From IMG/VR virus record IMGVR_UViG_3300050336_000170, positions 67,586 through 131,585 of that record: a stretch of DNA of 64,000 bases. One strand, given 5' to 3'. The first letter of the stretch is position 1; every line of letters starts with the position of its first letter. The translations under genes and the position numbers were made by a program. The notes beneath the pieces were generated by a model. The model searched no databases and was not told the origin of the DNA. It was given only the letters and a program-made list of their open reading frames with translations. Source of the DNA: a virus. Lineage: Duplodnaviria > Caudoviricetes. Below are positions 18,561 through 29,572 of the stretch, piece after piece.

Positions 18561-19687
18561 AGATTGAGATGGAAAAAGCATATAAATTTAGATTATATCC
18601 CAATACAGAACAAGAACAATTAATTCAAAAAACATTTGGTTGTTGTAGATTTGTATATAATTACTATCTTAATAAAAGAATAGAATTATATAAACAAGAT
18701 AAATCAAGTTATAATTATAATGAATGTGCAAATGATTTAAAGCAATTTAAAACCAACTATGATTGGTTAAAAGAAGTTGATTCTATTTCGCTTCAATCTT
18801 CACTTAAAGACTTAGATGTTGCTTATCAAAACTTTTTTAGAGAAATCAAGAAAGGTAACAATAATCAGGGGTTTCCTAGATTTAAGTCAAAGAAAAACAA
18901 ACATAAATCTTATAAAACAAAGTATACAAATGGAAATATTCAAGTATTAGAAAAACACATAAAACTTCCTAAACTTGGTTTAGTTAAATGTAAAGTATCT
19001 AAACAAATTGAAGGACGTATACTTAATACGACAATCTCACAGAATCCAAGTGGTAAATATTTTGTAAGCGTTTGTTGTACTGATGTTGAAATAGAACCAT
19101 TTGAAAAAACTGGAGCAGTTGTTGGTATAGATTTGGGTATTAAAGAATTTGCTATAACAAGCGATGGGCAACACATAGAGAATCCCAAATACTTAAAACA
19201 AAGTGAAGAAAAACTTGCTAAACTTCAAAGACAACTATCCCGAAAAACAAAGGGTAGTAGTAATTGCAATAAAGCAAGAATCAAAGTAGCAAGGCAACAT
19301 GAAAAAATTACTAACCAAAGGAATGACTTTTTGCATAAATTATCCACTCAAATAGTAAAAGAATATGACATTATTTGTTTAGAAGATTTACAAATCAAGA
19401 ATATGGTTAAAAATCATAAACTTGCAAAAAGCATAAGTGATGTATTATGGGGCGAATTTACAAGACAGATAGGTTATAAATCAGATTGGTATGGTAAAAC
19501 AATACAAAAAGTTGGTAAATTCTATGCAAGTAGTCAACTTTGTGGTGAATGTGGTTATCAAAACAAAGATGTAAAAGACTTATCTGTTAGAGAGTGGGAT
19601 TGTCCTAATTGCGGTAAGCATTATGATAGGGATGAAAATGCAAGTAACAATATATTAAGTGAAGGGTTAAGATTGCTTTCTGCATAA
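18557..19687 (+). CDS. tnpB: RNA-guided endonuclease TnpB
   Basis: [19 protein letters not shown], CxxC..CxxC, DRDENA: RuvC D-E-D intact. Confidence 0.95.
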   Translation: MKIEMEKAYKFRLYPNTEQEQLIQKTFGCCRFVYNYYLNKRIELYKQDKSSYNYNECANDLKQFKTNYDWLKEVDSISLQSSLKDLDVAYQNFFREIKKGNNNQGFPRFKSKKNKHKSYKTKYTNGNIQVLEKHIKLPKLGLVKCKVSKQIEGRILNTTISQNPSGKYFVSVCCTDVEIEPFEKTGAVVGIDLGIKEFAITSDGQHIENPKYLKQSEEKLAKLQRQLSRKTKGSSNCNKARIKVARQHEKITNQRNDFLHKLSTQIVKEYDIICLEDLQIKNMVKNHKLAKSISDVLWGEFTRQIGYKSDWYGKTIQKVGKFYASSQLCGECGYQNKDVKDLSVREWDCPNCGKHYDRDENASNNILSEGLRLLSA

Positions 19688-19822
19688 GTAAGTAAAGTAT
19701 AATAAAATACCGTAGAAACTACGGAAATTAACGCCTGTGGAGATAGTAGGTTACGAGGTCTTAGAAGCAGGAATCATGCGACTTTAGTCGTGTGAGGTTC
19801 AAATGAAAGGATTTGGTAGTTA
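19620..19822 (+). ncRNA. omega/reRNA of IS copy 1 (guide ~19803-19822)
   Basis: Established TnpB architecture; shares blocks GCCTGTGGAGA and GAAGCAGGAATCA with copy 2; 5' end approximate. Confidence 0.65.
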
Positions 19823-20976
19823 TAGCAAGACCTAAAGGAAACGGTAGTAGAACTACCACTTCTAGAAAAAAATCAGACAAAATAGAAGCACCTAAAAAAC
19901 TATGTATAGCATGTCCATCAGATTTAAATTTACATCCTCTGACAAAGTTTTATAGGAGTTATAGCAATTTTCACGCAGATGGTTATATCCCAATGTGTAA
20001 GGATTGTATTCAAAAAGCAAGTTTTGATGAAATAGTTCAAGATATAAATATTGATGGATTTAAAAAAATATTAAGGCAAATAGACAAACCATATATTGAA
20101 TCTATTTTGCAAAGTTCTATTAATCAATATAATGAACAATATGCTGGTAAGAATTGCCCTAAAAATAATAGAACCAAAATCATAGCGTATTATTTTAAAA
20201 ACATCAATTCATTGCGTCAATTGTCTACTCTTGATTGGCAAGGTGGAATTGATTATACAAATAGAATGGGTGGTTCTGAAACAGGTAATGTTAATACAAG
20301 AGTAGAAGATAAGTATTCATTGCCAAACCAAAGCGAAGATCAAGTTTACTATTTACCTGATGATGATTTTAATGTTACGCCAGATATAATTCGTTTATTT
20401 GGTGAAGGGTATAAGAAATCTGAATATAAAGCATTTTGGGATAAATATAATTTTTTAATTAAAAATTATCCAAATACAACAAATCTTCATACTGAATCGC
20501 TTGTTACATATATTAAGTTTAAAGTTAAAGAAGAAATAGCTACTTCGAAAGGTAACGTTGCCGATGCTGAGAAATGGTCAAAGATGGCTATTGCCGCTGC
20601 TGAGAAGGCTAAAATAAATCCTAGTCAACTTACTCAAAGTGATTTGCAGGGTGGAATTAATAGTTTCTCTGAATTATTCAAAGCTGTTGAGCAAGCTGTT
20701 GATGTTATAAAAATATTGCCTCAATTTAAATACAGACCAAATGATGCATTAGATTTTAATATATGGTGTTACATAAACTACATCAGAGATTTAGAGGGTA
20801 AACCTCTCGTTGATTATGAAGATATATATAAGTTTTATGATAGAAGAGTTGCTGAATATATAGAACAATATGGTGATCCTTATAATATATTTGCTGATGA
20901 TCCAACAAAAGAAAACAGAGATAAAATTAAGAAGTTTATTACATTACCAAAAGATTATTTGGATGGTGATGAATAG
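19813..20976 (+). CDS. Pre-terminase zinc-finger protein (YonG-like; candidate terminase small subunit)
   Basis: CxxC...FY.S...IPMCKDC; FGEGY; directly upstream of terL. Confidence 0.7.
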   Translation: MVVIARPKGNGSRTTTSRKKSDKIEAPKKLCIACPSDLNLHPLTKFYRSYSNFHADGYIPMCKDCIQKASFDEIVQDINIDGFKKILRQIDKPYIESILQSSINQYNEQYAGKNCPKNNRTKIIAYYFKNINSLRQLSTLDWQGGIDYTNRMGGSETGNVNTRVEDKYSLPNQSEDQVYYLPDDDFNVTPDIIRLFGEGYKKSEYKAFWDKYNFLIKNYPNTTNLHTESLVTYIKFKVKEEIATSKGNVADAEKWSKMAIAAAEKAKINPSQLTQSDLQGGINSFSELFKAVEQAVDVIKILPQFKYRPNDALDFNIWCYINYIRDLEGKPLVDYEDIYKFYDRRVAEYIEQYGDPYNIFADDPTKENRDKIKKFITLPKDYLDGDE

Positions 20977-23915
20977 TGGGTAGAATTAAGGGATCAACAA
21001 ATACAAATCATAAGTATGGTTCAAGTGGTCATAAGTCAGATTCATATGTTAATTATGAAGATGTTAAGTCAAATAGCAATAATACAAAATCGTTAACTGA
21101 TGAACAACAAACTAGTTTTGAAAGAAATCTACCCAAATATATTGATTTTGCAAGTTGGGTACTGTGGTAAACAAAAATAATTCACAAAAAGGAGTGTTAT
21201 TATGGCAGATTTGCATATTAACAATAATAAAGGTTGGCAATTTAAGTGGGAAGAATGGGAAGATGATATAATCAGAGAGCATTATACGTCAAATGGTTAT
21301 GAATATATTCTTAAATTATTACCGCATAGGAATAAGCAAGGAATACAAGGAAGAGCATCAAAATTAGGAATACGATATTTAATCTATAATAAAAATTATT
21401 TCAATAAAATTGATACCCCAACCAAATCATATTGGTTAGGGGTTTTATATGCTGATGGTTACGTCACTACTCATAATAGATGGGGGCTACAGTTATGTAT
21501 AGAAGATTTAAATCATATTCAAAAATTATTAGATTGTATCGAAAGTAATATCATTCCTAAGATTCAAGAAAAAAACAATACTAAATCATGCTCTTTTCAA
21601 ATAAATAACTCCACAATGTATAATGATCTAATTAGCAATGGTGTTGTAAGAAATAAAACAACCCTGTTAGAATTTCCTAATAGCGATATATTACTTCCTA
21701 AATACATTTCCCATTTCATTAGGGGTTTCTTTGATGGTGATGGATGTGTCACATATAGTAATAAGGATTTTATTAGAAAAGATAGGAATAACAAAATTAG
21801 TAATAGATTGCGAAAAAGTGTTTTCTTTGTGTGTAAAAGCGAATCTTTTATTAAGAAATTAAAAGATGTTTTAAAGGATAATAATATAAATATGAATTTA
21901 TATTATAACAAGAGAGACAAATTACCAACTTTGTGTGTTTCAAATAAAGAAGAAATTATAAAATTCTATAATTATATATATCAAAACTCTGATGAAAACA
22001 ATAGATTGCTCAGAAAATATAATAAGTTTCAAGAATTATTATGCCACCTACAATAGTAATATTGTTGAAAAATCTCGTGAACCTAGAAATCTAGGGTGTA
22101 TATCTTACGTTAGGAACTATAGGAAATAATAGTTAGAAGATATGCTAACAGGGAAAGCTATAGCTGTAAAGTATGCTAATCCTGTGCCAAGCCTTTTTAT
22201 AAAGGAAGGTGCAACGACTATCCGTTTAGGAGTACATGTACGGTGAAATTCCGTATTTGGAAGTGCGAGACACCCTACATTGAGGGTGAAGATATAGTCT
22301 ACACTTATGGAAACATAAGATTTACTGTGATCCAGACCTATTTTTAGATTTAATAACACCATTAGAAGGTGGAATTAAGTTACACTCAGATCAACGTACT
22401 TTTTTAAGATGTGCGTTGAGATTCTATAGTATATATGGATGTTTTCCTAGAGGTTGGGGTAAAACGCATGGTGAAGTATTGGCAATGTTTATTATAGCCA
22501 TACGCTTTCCGAATGTTGAATTGGCGTTAACTGCTCAAACTAAGGAAAATGCAGCAGAGTTATTAAAAGATAAAACAACTGAAATTCTACGTCAATATCC
22601 AATGTTTGAAAATGAAATAAAAAAAATGAAGTTTCAAAAAGGTGATGGAGAAGTATTATTTAAAAATGATGCAAGAATCGACGTTCTCGCAAATGCCCAA
22701 TCATCGAAAGGCCAACGCCGCAAAAGGATACAAATCGAAGAAAGTGCGCTTTTAGATAATACAACTTTTGAAGATGCATTAAAACCAATTGTGGAAGTTG
22801 CACGTTATACTTGTGGTAAATTAGCAGTAGTAAATCCAGAAGAATTAAATCAGCAAGTAAATTTCTTTACAACACCAGGTTATCGTGGTTCTGATGAATA
22901 TGGACGTAATATAGCTATGATAAAAGATATGGGAGATTTGAAAGGCGATATTGTTTTAGGATCAGATTGGATGCTAGGTTGTTGGTATGGACGAGGATCA
23001 ACAAAAAGTCAAATATTACATAAGAAAAAAACAATGTCACCTACATCTTTTAAAATGAATTATGGTGGTTCTTGGGTTGGTAGCACAACAAATTCATTGA
23101 CAAATATGAATAAATTATTGAATTGCCGAAACTTAATTGATCCTGTTTTTCAATCGACAAATAAAGATGATGAATTTTATATAGGTGTTGATGTAGCTAG
23201 GTCTGAAAATAGTGCTAATAATCAATCTTCAATAGCAATTGGTAGAGTTATTAGAAATCAATATACAAATAGAGTTATTTCTATTGATTTGGTTAATTTA
23301 ATAAATATCTCAAATACTTTAAATTTCTCAACACAAGCTATAATGATAAAAAAACTTAAAAAAAAATACAATGCAAAAGTTGTTATTTGTGACGGCAATG
23401 GTGTTGGGACAGGTTTGGTTGATTGTCTTTTAAAGGATACAATCGATCCTATTACTAAAGAAACATTGGGATGCTGGAATACAATTAACACAGATAATAC
23501 ACCTGAGTTACATAACGCAGAAAAGTGTCTTTTTGATTTAAAAGCACAAAGTTTTCAAACTGAAATGATTACTAAATTTATAGATGTTATTGATAGTGGA
23601 ATTTTGAGATTATTAGAGAAACGTCAATTTAATGAATATGATTATGAAAATATTGAAGATTTAGAAACAAAATCAATTCCATATATTCAAACAGACTTAT
23701 TTTTCGAAGAAGTAAGTAATTTGAAGATAAAACACTTATCAGGAGGAAAATTAGGTCTTGAGAAAGTTGTAAATAAGATTAATAAAGACCGTGTATCTGC
23801 TACTATGCATCTAGTTTTTTACGTAATGCAATTTACTGATTTTCAAAAAGTAAAACAAGATTATGACGTTGATGTTTTGTTTCAATTTCGTCAACCAATC
23901 CTAAGAGCAATATAA
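20976..23915 (+). CDS. terL: Terminase large subunit, spliced: join(20976..21168,22330..23915), 592 aa
   Basis: Splicing restores W-Y-PDLFLDLI; Walker A PRGWGKT, Walker B IQIEES, nuclease GVDVAR, DGNG, KDR. Confidence 0.93.
21169..22329 (+). mobile_element. Group I intron in terL
   Basis: 5' exon ends in U; GUGGU pairs with GCCAC (22043-22047); P3 TCTCGT/GCGAGA; ACGACTA (22214) and GATATAGTCT (22291) form P7; ends in G; reading frame restored. Confidence 0.92.
21202..22056 (+). CDS. Intron-encoded double-motif LAGLIDADG homing endonuclease
   Basis: SYWLGVLYADG and HFIRGFFDGDG; N-terminal Myb-like repeat. Confidence 0.93.
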   Translation: MADLHINNNKGWQFKWEEWEDDIIREHYTSNGYEYILKLLPHRNKQGIQGRASKLGIRYLIYNKNYFNKIDTPTKSYWLGVLYADGYVTTHNRWGLQLCIEDLNHIQKLLDCIESNIIPKIQEKNNTKSCSFQINNSTMYNDLISNGVVRNKTTLLEFPNSDILLPKYISHFIRGFFDGDGCVTYSNKDFIRKDRNNKISNRLRKSVFFVCKSESFIKKLKDVLKDNNINMNLYYNKRDKLPTLCVSNKEEIIKFYNYIYQNSDENNRLLRKYNKFQELLCHLQ

Positions 23916-23973
23916 CAACAACGATACACCTACATAACTATATAACCACAAAATAGAAAGGCGGTGATCATTA

Positions 23974-25479
23974 TTGCCTGACATCATAGATGTAGAAAAA
24001 CAAGAGAAATTAAAACAATATGACTTTTCATACTTGAACAATTTTGCGCAATTAGCAAAATTAACGTTACAAGATTTAAGAAAAAATAATAAAGATTCTT
24101 TATTTTATTCAAAATTTACTAAAGAAGATATTATCAAATATTTAAAAACTCCTGACAAATATGAAAAACAGTTACGTAATGCTTGTATATATTTATATAA
24201 TGCTTCTAGTCATTTTAAAAGAATTGTACAGTATTTTGCAAAGCTAAATCTTCTTTATTATATTGTGATACCATATAGGTTACAACCAAAACCAAATAAA
24301 AAAATATTTCAAAATAAATATCAAGAAGTATTAAATGTACTTGAAAACATGAACATTAAACATGAATTTATAAAAGTACTAAATACTGCATATCGTGAAG
24401 ATGTTTTTTATGGTTATGAATATTCTACTTCGGAATCTTACTTTATAAGAAAATTAAATCCAGACTTTTGTATGATATGTTCAGTTGAAGATGGTGTTTA
24501 TAATTTTGCGTTTGATTTTTCATATTTTGATAGCCGAAAAGAAAAATTGGTTGAGTTTGGAGAAGAATTTCAAACAAAGTATGTAAAATTTAAAGGTGAT
24601 AAAGATAGAGGTATTATAGGAGATTCAAACAAGAGATGGCAAGAATTATCAAGTGATAACACTATTTGTATCAAAGTAAATGAAGATTTAGATTACTTAA
24701 TACCTCCTTTTGCAAGTCTTTTAGAGGCTATATATGATTTACAAGATTACAAAATGTTGAAGCGTGTTAAGAGTCAGAATGATAATTATAAAGTTTTAGC
24801 ATTTGAAATTCCTGTTGATAAAGAAAGTGGTGCATTCTTATTAGATGAGGCTTTAGCGTTAAAATACTATCACATGATGGAAAATGCTATTCCTGAAGGT
24901 ATAGGACTTGCTCTTTCTCCTATGAAAATAGATCAGTTCTCTTTTCAGAATAATTCAACCGCTGAAAGAGATGCTGTAGCAGAAGCAACGGCTGATATAT
25001 TTAATTTAGCTGGTGTAAGTTCATTAGTATTTAACAACACCTCTGCTGGATCAACTGGATTAACTCAATCAATACGCTCTGACTATGATGTAGCTGGATC
25101 AGTAATTAGACAACTTGAACGATGGGTTAATAGGAAACTTAAGAATCTTGATTTAACCTATAAGTTTAAAATTCAATTTTTGGATATTACTAGATATAAT
25201 CAAAAAGAAATGTTTGATATGTATCTAGCTGCTGGAAATGCTGGCGCACCAGTTAAAATGGCAATAGGAGCTACATTGGGGTATTCTCCATCTGATACTG
25301 CTAACATGTCATTTCTTGAAAATGATATTTTACAAATGAGAGATAAAATGTTTGGAGAACCTTTACTATCTTCAAGTACTATGTCACCAGATAAAGAAAA
25401 AGGCGGTAAACCGCAACAAGACACTGTAGATGGGTCTGGTCAAGTTACTAGGGACACAAATGGAAACGATAGAGAATAA
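23974..25479 (+). CDS. Portal protein (YonE-like)
   Basis: 501 aa directly after terL; AGVSSLVFN, LERWVNR. Confidence 0.82.
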   Translation: MPDIIDVEKQEKLKQYDFSYLNNFAQLAKLTLQDLRKNNKDSLFYSKFTKEDIIKYLKTPDKYEKQLRNACIYLYNASSHFKRIVQYFAKLNLLYYIVIPYRLQPKPNKKIFQNKYQEVLNVLENMNIKHEFIKVLNTAYREDVFYGYEYSTSESYFIRKLNPDFCMICSVEDGVYNFAFDFSYFDSRKEKLVEFGEEFQTKYVKFKGDKDRGIIGDSNKRWQELSSDNTICIKVNEDLDYLIPPFASLLEAIYDLQDYKMLKRVKSQNDNYKVLAFEIPVDKESGAFLLDEALALKYYHMMENAIPEGIGLALSPMKIDQFSFQNNSTAERDAVAEATADIFNLAGVSSLVFNNTSAGSTGLTQSIRSDYDVAGSVIRQLERWVNRKLKNLDLTYKFKIQFLDITRYNQKEMFDMYLAAGNAGAPVKMAIGATLGYSPSDTANMSFLENDILQMRDKMFGEPLLSSSTMSPDKEKGGKPQQDTVDGSGQVTRDTNGNDRE

Positions 25480-25489
25480 CGGTGATGGT

Positions 25490-25666
25490 ATGAAAGATAA
25501 ATTTATATATGTTCAAGATAAGGAATTAGCAGACAAATTAATTAGTCATGGTTATCGCCTACTTAAGCAGAATAATTCAAATATATATGTGTTCCAAAAT
25601 AATAAAACACTAAATTTTGATTTGTCAGGGAAAAAATATATACTTACTGACACGTTATTATTTTAG
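25490..25666 (+). CDS. Small protein between portal and protease genes
   Basis: MKDKFIYVQDKELADKLISHGYRLLK...; start corrected to ATG 25490. Confidence 0.7.
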   Translation: MKDKFIYVQDKELADKLISHGYRLLKQNNSNIYVFQNNKTLNFDLSGKKYILTDTLLF

Positions 25667-25669
25667 TTG

Positions 25670-25698
25670 AGACTGATATAAATCAGTCTTTATTTTTT
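25670..25698 (+). terminator. Intrinsic terminator
   Basis: AGACTGAT/ATCAGTCT stem followed by T-run. Confidence 0.65.
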
Positions 25699-25724
25699 GT
25701 CTTGAAAGGCGGTGGTAAAGTGAG

Positions 25725-27263
25725 ATGCACGAAGATTTAAAATTTGTTAGTCTAGCTACTACATTTGAAATAGACAATTCATTTGATTCAGATAGATTCA
25801 TTAAACTTAGACTTAGAGTACAGCATGACGGAGAAAACCCAAATGGGAGTGCCTTTACAATTGAAGATATGAGTAAGGCTCAAGAATCAATAAAGAATAT
25901 TCCTATTTTAGCGCATGTGCTATTTGACGAAGATGGCAACCCACAGTTTGGCGCACATGATATGCACATTGAAGAAAGTAAAACTACCGAAGGTGAATAT
26001 AAACTTATATATGATGAACAACCTTTGGGATGTGTGCCAGAAACAAATAATTATTTAATTTCGGATTTTAACGGTAAAAATTATGTATTTGTTGATTCAT
26101 TTGTGTGGCGTGATTATAGTAACTACGGTGAAGAAATTATTAAAAGAGACACCAATATTAAGCTCAGCATGGAAATTATAGTAGACGCATATCAGTATGA
26201 TTCAAAAACTAAAATTTATAATATTACTGACTATCGATATAAAGGTATAACTTTACTTGGAAATAATTATGGTACGGGGATGCTTGATGCTCTTGCGAGT
26301 ACGGAATCTTTTTCTGACGAAGGTAAACAGAAATTATTTAACTTAATGTCAGAATTAAAGGAAGAAATATCAAAAAATCAATCCTCTTTAGAGGTTGATA
26401 TAAAAACTTCATTCTTGAATGAAAAGGAGGAGAAAATAAATTTGAATGAAAAAATAGAACTTATTACTAAGTATGGTCTTACAGTTGAACTGCTTGGGTT
26501 TAGTATAGATGAAATTTCACTGGAAGATTTAGAAGTAAAGTTAAAAGAGTTTTCTGATAATCAGAATAAACCTAAACATAGTTACTCTGCTACTTATAAT
26601 CAAAAACGTGAAGCAATTCGCAATGCTCTAGATTCCGAAATAATTAGAGATGCAGATGGTAATGTTGTTGAGGAAACTTATTATTGGGTAGCTGATGCCT
26701 CAGACGAATTTGCATATGTTGAACGCTCACATTGGTCTGCTAACGGTGATTATGATAGCAAGTATGGGCGTTTTACTTATTCTTTTGAAGAAGCAACAAT
26801 GACAGCAACTATTACAAGCGAATTTGAAGAGATGTTCCTTATGTGGTTGACAGCGGAACAAAAAGCAGAAATTGATTCCGCTAATGCAAATTTTGAACAA
26901 CTCAAAGCAGATTTTGATGTCTACAAAGAAAATTATTCTACGCCTAATTCTGACGTAGAAAAACTTCGTGAATTTCAAAATACTATCATTGAGACAGAAC
27001 GTAAAGACGCAGAGGATGCGATATTTACTCAGTTTGATGAAAAACTTGCAAATAATGAAGAATACATAACACTTAAATCAAAAGTTAAAGATTATGATAA
27101 TCTAGAAGACTTCACAGACAAATGTTTCGCTATATTGGGTAAAACAACTGCTAATTTTGCAATTAAAACACCAGAAAAGAAAACAGTTAAAATATCGGTT
27201 GATACTACTCCTGTCAGCGATGTGCTTTATGGTGGTCTAATTGAAAAATATACAGGTAAATAA
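25725..27263 (+). CDS. Prohead protease-scaffold protein (YonD-like)
   Basis: H.GENPNGS, NIPIL, FGAHD, LSMEI, GITLLG; acidic coiled-coil C-terminus. Confidence 0.8.
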   Translation: MHEDLKFVSLATTFEIDNSFDSDRFIKLRLRVQHDGENPNGSAFTIEDMSKAQESIKNIPILAHVLFDEDGNPQFGAHDMHIEESKTTEGEYKLIYDEQPLGCVPETNNYLISDFNGKNYVFVDSFVWRDYSNYGEEIIKRDTNIKLSMEIIVDAYQYDSKTKIYNITDYRYKGITLLGNNYGTGMLDALASTESFSDEGKQKLFNLMSELKEEISKNQSSLEVDIKTSFLNEKEEKINLNEKIELITKYGLTVELLGFSIDEISLEDLEVKLKEFSDNQNKPKHSYSATYNQKREAIRNALDSEIIRDADGNVVEETYYWVADASDEFAYVERSHWSANGDYDSKYGRFTYSFEEATMTATITSEFEEMFLMWLTAEQKAEIDSANANFEQLKADFDVYKENYSTPNSDVEKLREFQNTIIETERKDAEDAIFTQFDEKLANNEEYITLKSKVKDYDNLEDFTDKCFAILGKTTANFAIKTPEKKTVKISVDTTPVSDVLYGGLIEKYTGK

Positions 27264-27301
27264 ATTAATTAAAATTATTAAAGAAAGTAGGTAATATACA
27301 T

Positions 27302-27796
27302 ATGGCATATTGTATCGTTCGCACAGACCGTATGACTGGAACGGTTGTTCCTTCTGCTCTTATTTCTGGTAAATATCTTCCTTCTGCTACAGCTACTGCT
27401 ATTGATAATGGTAATGTTGTAAAGGTTGGAGCACTCGTTAGCGGTGAAAGAGAAGTGTTTACCCTTGATACTCCTGCTGTTAATACCCCTCTTGCTCAGA
27501 TTGCCCTTGTTGCAACACCTGAAGTAATGGCTGATGAAAGACTTAAAAATCTTAATGAGTTCCGTAATGCTGCTGGTGATATTGTCCGAGCTTATATGCT
27601 TCGTTCTGGTGATATTTTCTCTATTACATCTGATGGTTATACTGCAATTTCTGGTACTGCTCCTGCTGCTGGTCAGATTGTAGAACTGGCTGCTGCTACT
27701 AAACTTAAGCTTACTGCTTCTCTTACTAGTGGCTCTACACAGGTTGGTACAGTTATTGCTGTTGAAGGCAGTTATCTTGTTGTTAAAGTTGTTTAA
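27302..27796 (+). CDS. Capsid decoration/minor head protein (YonC-like)
   Basis: IDNG.VV..G; highly expressed codon usage; immediately before major capsid gene. Confidence 0.72.
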   Translation: MAYCIVRTDRMTGTVVPSALISGKYLPSATATAIDNGNVVKVGALVSGEREVFTLDTPAVNTPLAQIALVATPEVMADERLKNLNEFRNAAGDIVRAYMLRSGDIFSITSDGYTAISGTAPAAGQIVELAAATKLKLTASLTSGSTQVGTVIAVEGSYLVVKVV

Positions 27797-27829
27797 TCAA
27801 TTATTTAAAAGAAAGGTGTTAATGATATA

Positions 27830-28819
27830 ATGAACGATGTTATTAAATTAGCTATTGATGCTATTCAGCATAAAGTTCCTAATACATATTCTGATAAGCA
27901 GACATCCGAAACACTGCGTCAGGCATTTATTGATGCCAATGGTGGTTCTACAAAGTTTGGAATTAAAGAATTCCGTAGACATCCTGAACTCTATGATATC
28001 ATTGAAACTATCGTCCCTACAATTATTGATGAAGGTCTTAAGGGCGATGAATTCTTCATGAATTATGTTGAATATCGCAATCTTGCTCTTGGTGACGATG
28101 AAAAGTTCTGGGCTGAAGATCGTTCTCTTTTCCTTGTTGCAGATGCTGCGCAGGGTACTCAGGCAATTCGCAGACAGCGTTTGAACGTTGGAAGTTATGT
28201 TACTATTGCTAGAACACTTAAAACAATCAAAATTTATGAAGAATTAAATCGTATGCTTTCTGGTCGTGTAGATTTTAATATGTTTGTTGACCGTGTAGCG
28301 AAGTCTATGCTTAATGACAAATATACTGATATTTACACTGTATTTAACGGTATTTCTGATTCAACTGCTGGCATGACTTCCGATTATTACAAGAGTGGTT
28401 CTTTTGCAGAGGACACTATGGTTACACTTATAGATCATGTTGAAGCTGCTAATGATGCAACTGCATCTATTGTTGGGCCTCGTTCTGCTCTTCGTAAAAT
28501 TACTACCGCTGTGGTTGCAGAGTCTGCAAAAAGTGATATGTATAATTTTGGTTATTATGGGAAATTCAACGGTACACCTATGTTTGTTGCCAAGCAGAGA
28601 CATACATATGGAACTGATACATTTGCTTTGGATACAGATAAGGTTTATGTTGTTGCTAACAATGATAAATTTATTAAACATATTACTGAGGGCGAGGGCA
28701 TTCTTATTGATAGCGATCCTATTACGAGGATGGATTTAACTAAGGAATATATGTATGGTGAGCTTACGGGTACTGGTCTGATTTTGGCTGGTAAGCTAGG
28801 TTGTTACGATATTGCATAA
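27830..28819 (+). CDS. Major capsid protein (YonB-like)
   Basis: 329 aa; YRNLALGD, IRRQRL, IYEEL..LSGRVDF; followed by strong terminator. Confidence 0.85.
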   Translation: MNDVIKLAIDAIQHKVPNTYSDKQTSETLRQAFIDANGGSTKFGIKEFRRHPELYDIIETIVPTIIDEGLKGDEFFMNYVEYRNLALGDDEKFWAEDRSLFLVADAAQGTQAIRRQRLNVGSYVTIARTLKTIKIYEELNRMLSGRVDFNMFVDRVAKSMLNDKYTDIYTVFNGISDSTAGMTSDYYKSGSFAEDTMVTLIDHVEAANDATASIVGPRSALRKITTAVVAESAKSDMYNFGYYGKFNGTPMFVAKQRHTYGTDTFALDTDKVYVVANNDKFIKHITEGEGILIDSDPITRMDLTKEYMYGELTGTGLILAGKLGCYDIA

Positions 28820-28828
28820 ATGAGATTC

Positions 28829-28871
28829 AATAAAAGATAGAGAGGGTTGTATACCTTCTCTATCTTTTATT
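28829..28871 (+). terminator. Intrinsic terminator after capsid gene
   Basis: AATAAAAGATAGAGAGG / CCTTCTCTATCTTTTATT inverted repeat. Confidence 0.75.
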
Positions 28872-28896
28872 ATTGGGATGAAAGGAAATAGAACAA

Positions 28897-29547
28897 ATGG
28901 GATATTCAAAGGAACAAAGGGAAGCTAATGCGAAAAAGAAAGCTGAAGAAGCTTTGATAGATAACTTAAACAATATATCTGATGACAAACACAACAATAG
29001 TAGTGTTATTGCTAATATCGCTAGTGATGAAAAACAAAATTCAAAAGTAAAAATTAAGAATTTGCCTTTAAATACAAATGTCATAGTGCGTAGTAACAGA
29101 TATGGTCAACTAATATTTATATGCAAGAAATACAATAAACGTTTTGATTGGGATAATGTTGGTACTACACAAACTTTAACACTTGATGAATTGCAAGCTA
29201 TGAGAAATGAATCAAGAAAATTCTTCGAAAAAACATGGATAGTTGTTGATGGGTTTTCAGACGAAGAATATGCGGATTTATATTCTCCTGAAGAGATATA
29301 TGATTATTTAACTGTAACTCAGTATTATAAAAATCTTTTGTGTCCAGAAAACATTGACTTATTGTTTACTATGAGTGCCGAGGAAATCGAAAAACGTATA
29401 AAAAGTTCATCTTCTGGTAGTAGAGATTTAATTATAGTTAGAGCAAATGAACTAATCGAGGCAAGAAAACTTGACGCTCTTACTGTTATTGAAACATTAG
29501 AAGATGTTTTGAAATGCGAATTAAGCAGACCAGAGCGTAAGAAATAA
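28897..29547 (+). CDS. Post-capsid protein (YonA-like)
   Basis: Synteny; WDNVG...LTLDEL..MRN...FF. Confidence 0.65.
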   Translation: MGYSKEQREANAKKKAEEALIDNLNNISDDKHNNSSVIANIASDEKQNSKVKIKNLPLNTNVIVRSNRYGQLIFICKKYNKRFDWDNVGTTQTLTLDELQAMRNESRKFFEKTWIVVDGFSDEEYADLYSPEEIYDYLTVTQYYKNLLCPENIDLLFTMSAEEIEKRIKSSSSGSRDLIIVRANELIEARKLDALTVIETLEDVLKCELSRPERKK

Positions 29548-29572
29548 TAGAAAAGGAGTTGATTATATAAAT

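Larger units (their letters stand above)
18022..19802 (+). mobile_element. IS200/IS605-family element, copy 1
   Basis: Target TTAAG (18017-18021); left hairpin CCCGTGAC-TTCA-GTCATGGG; tnpA+tnpB; right hairpin CATGCGAC-TTTA-GTCGTGTG ending GTTCAA; no target duplication. Confidence 0.93.
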
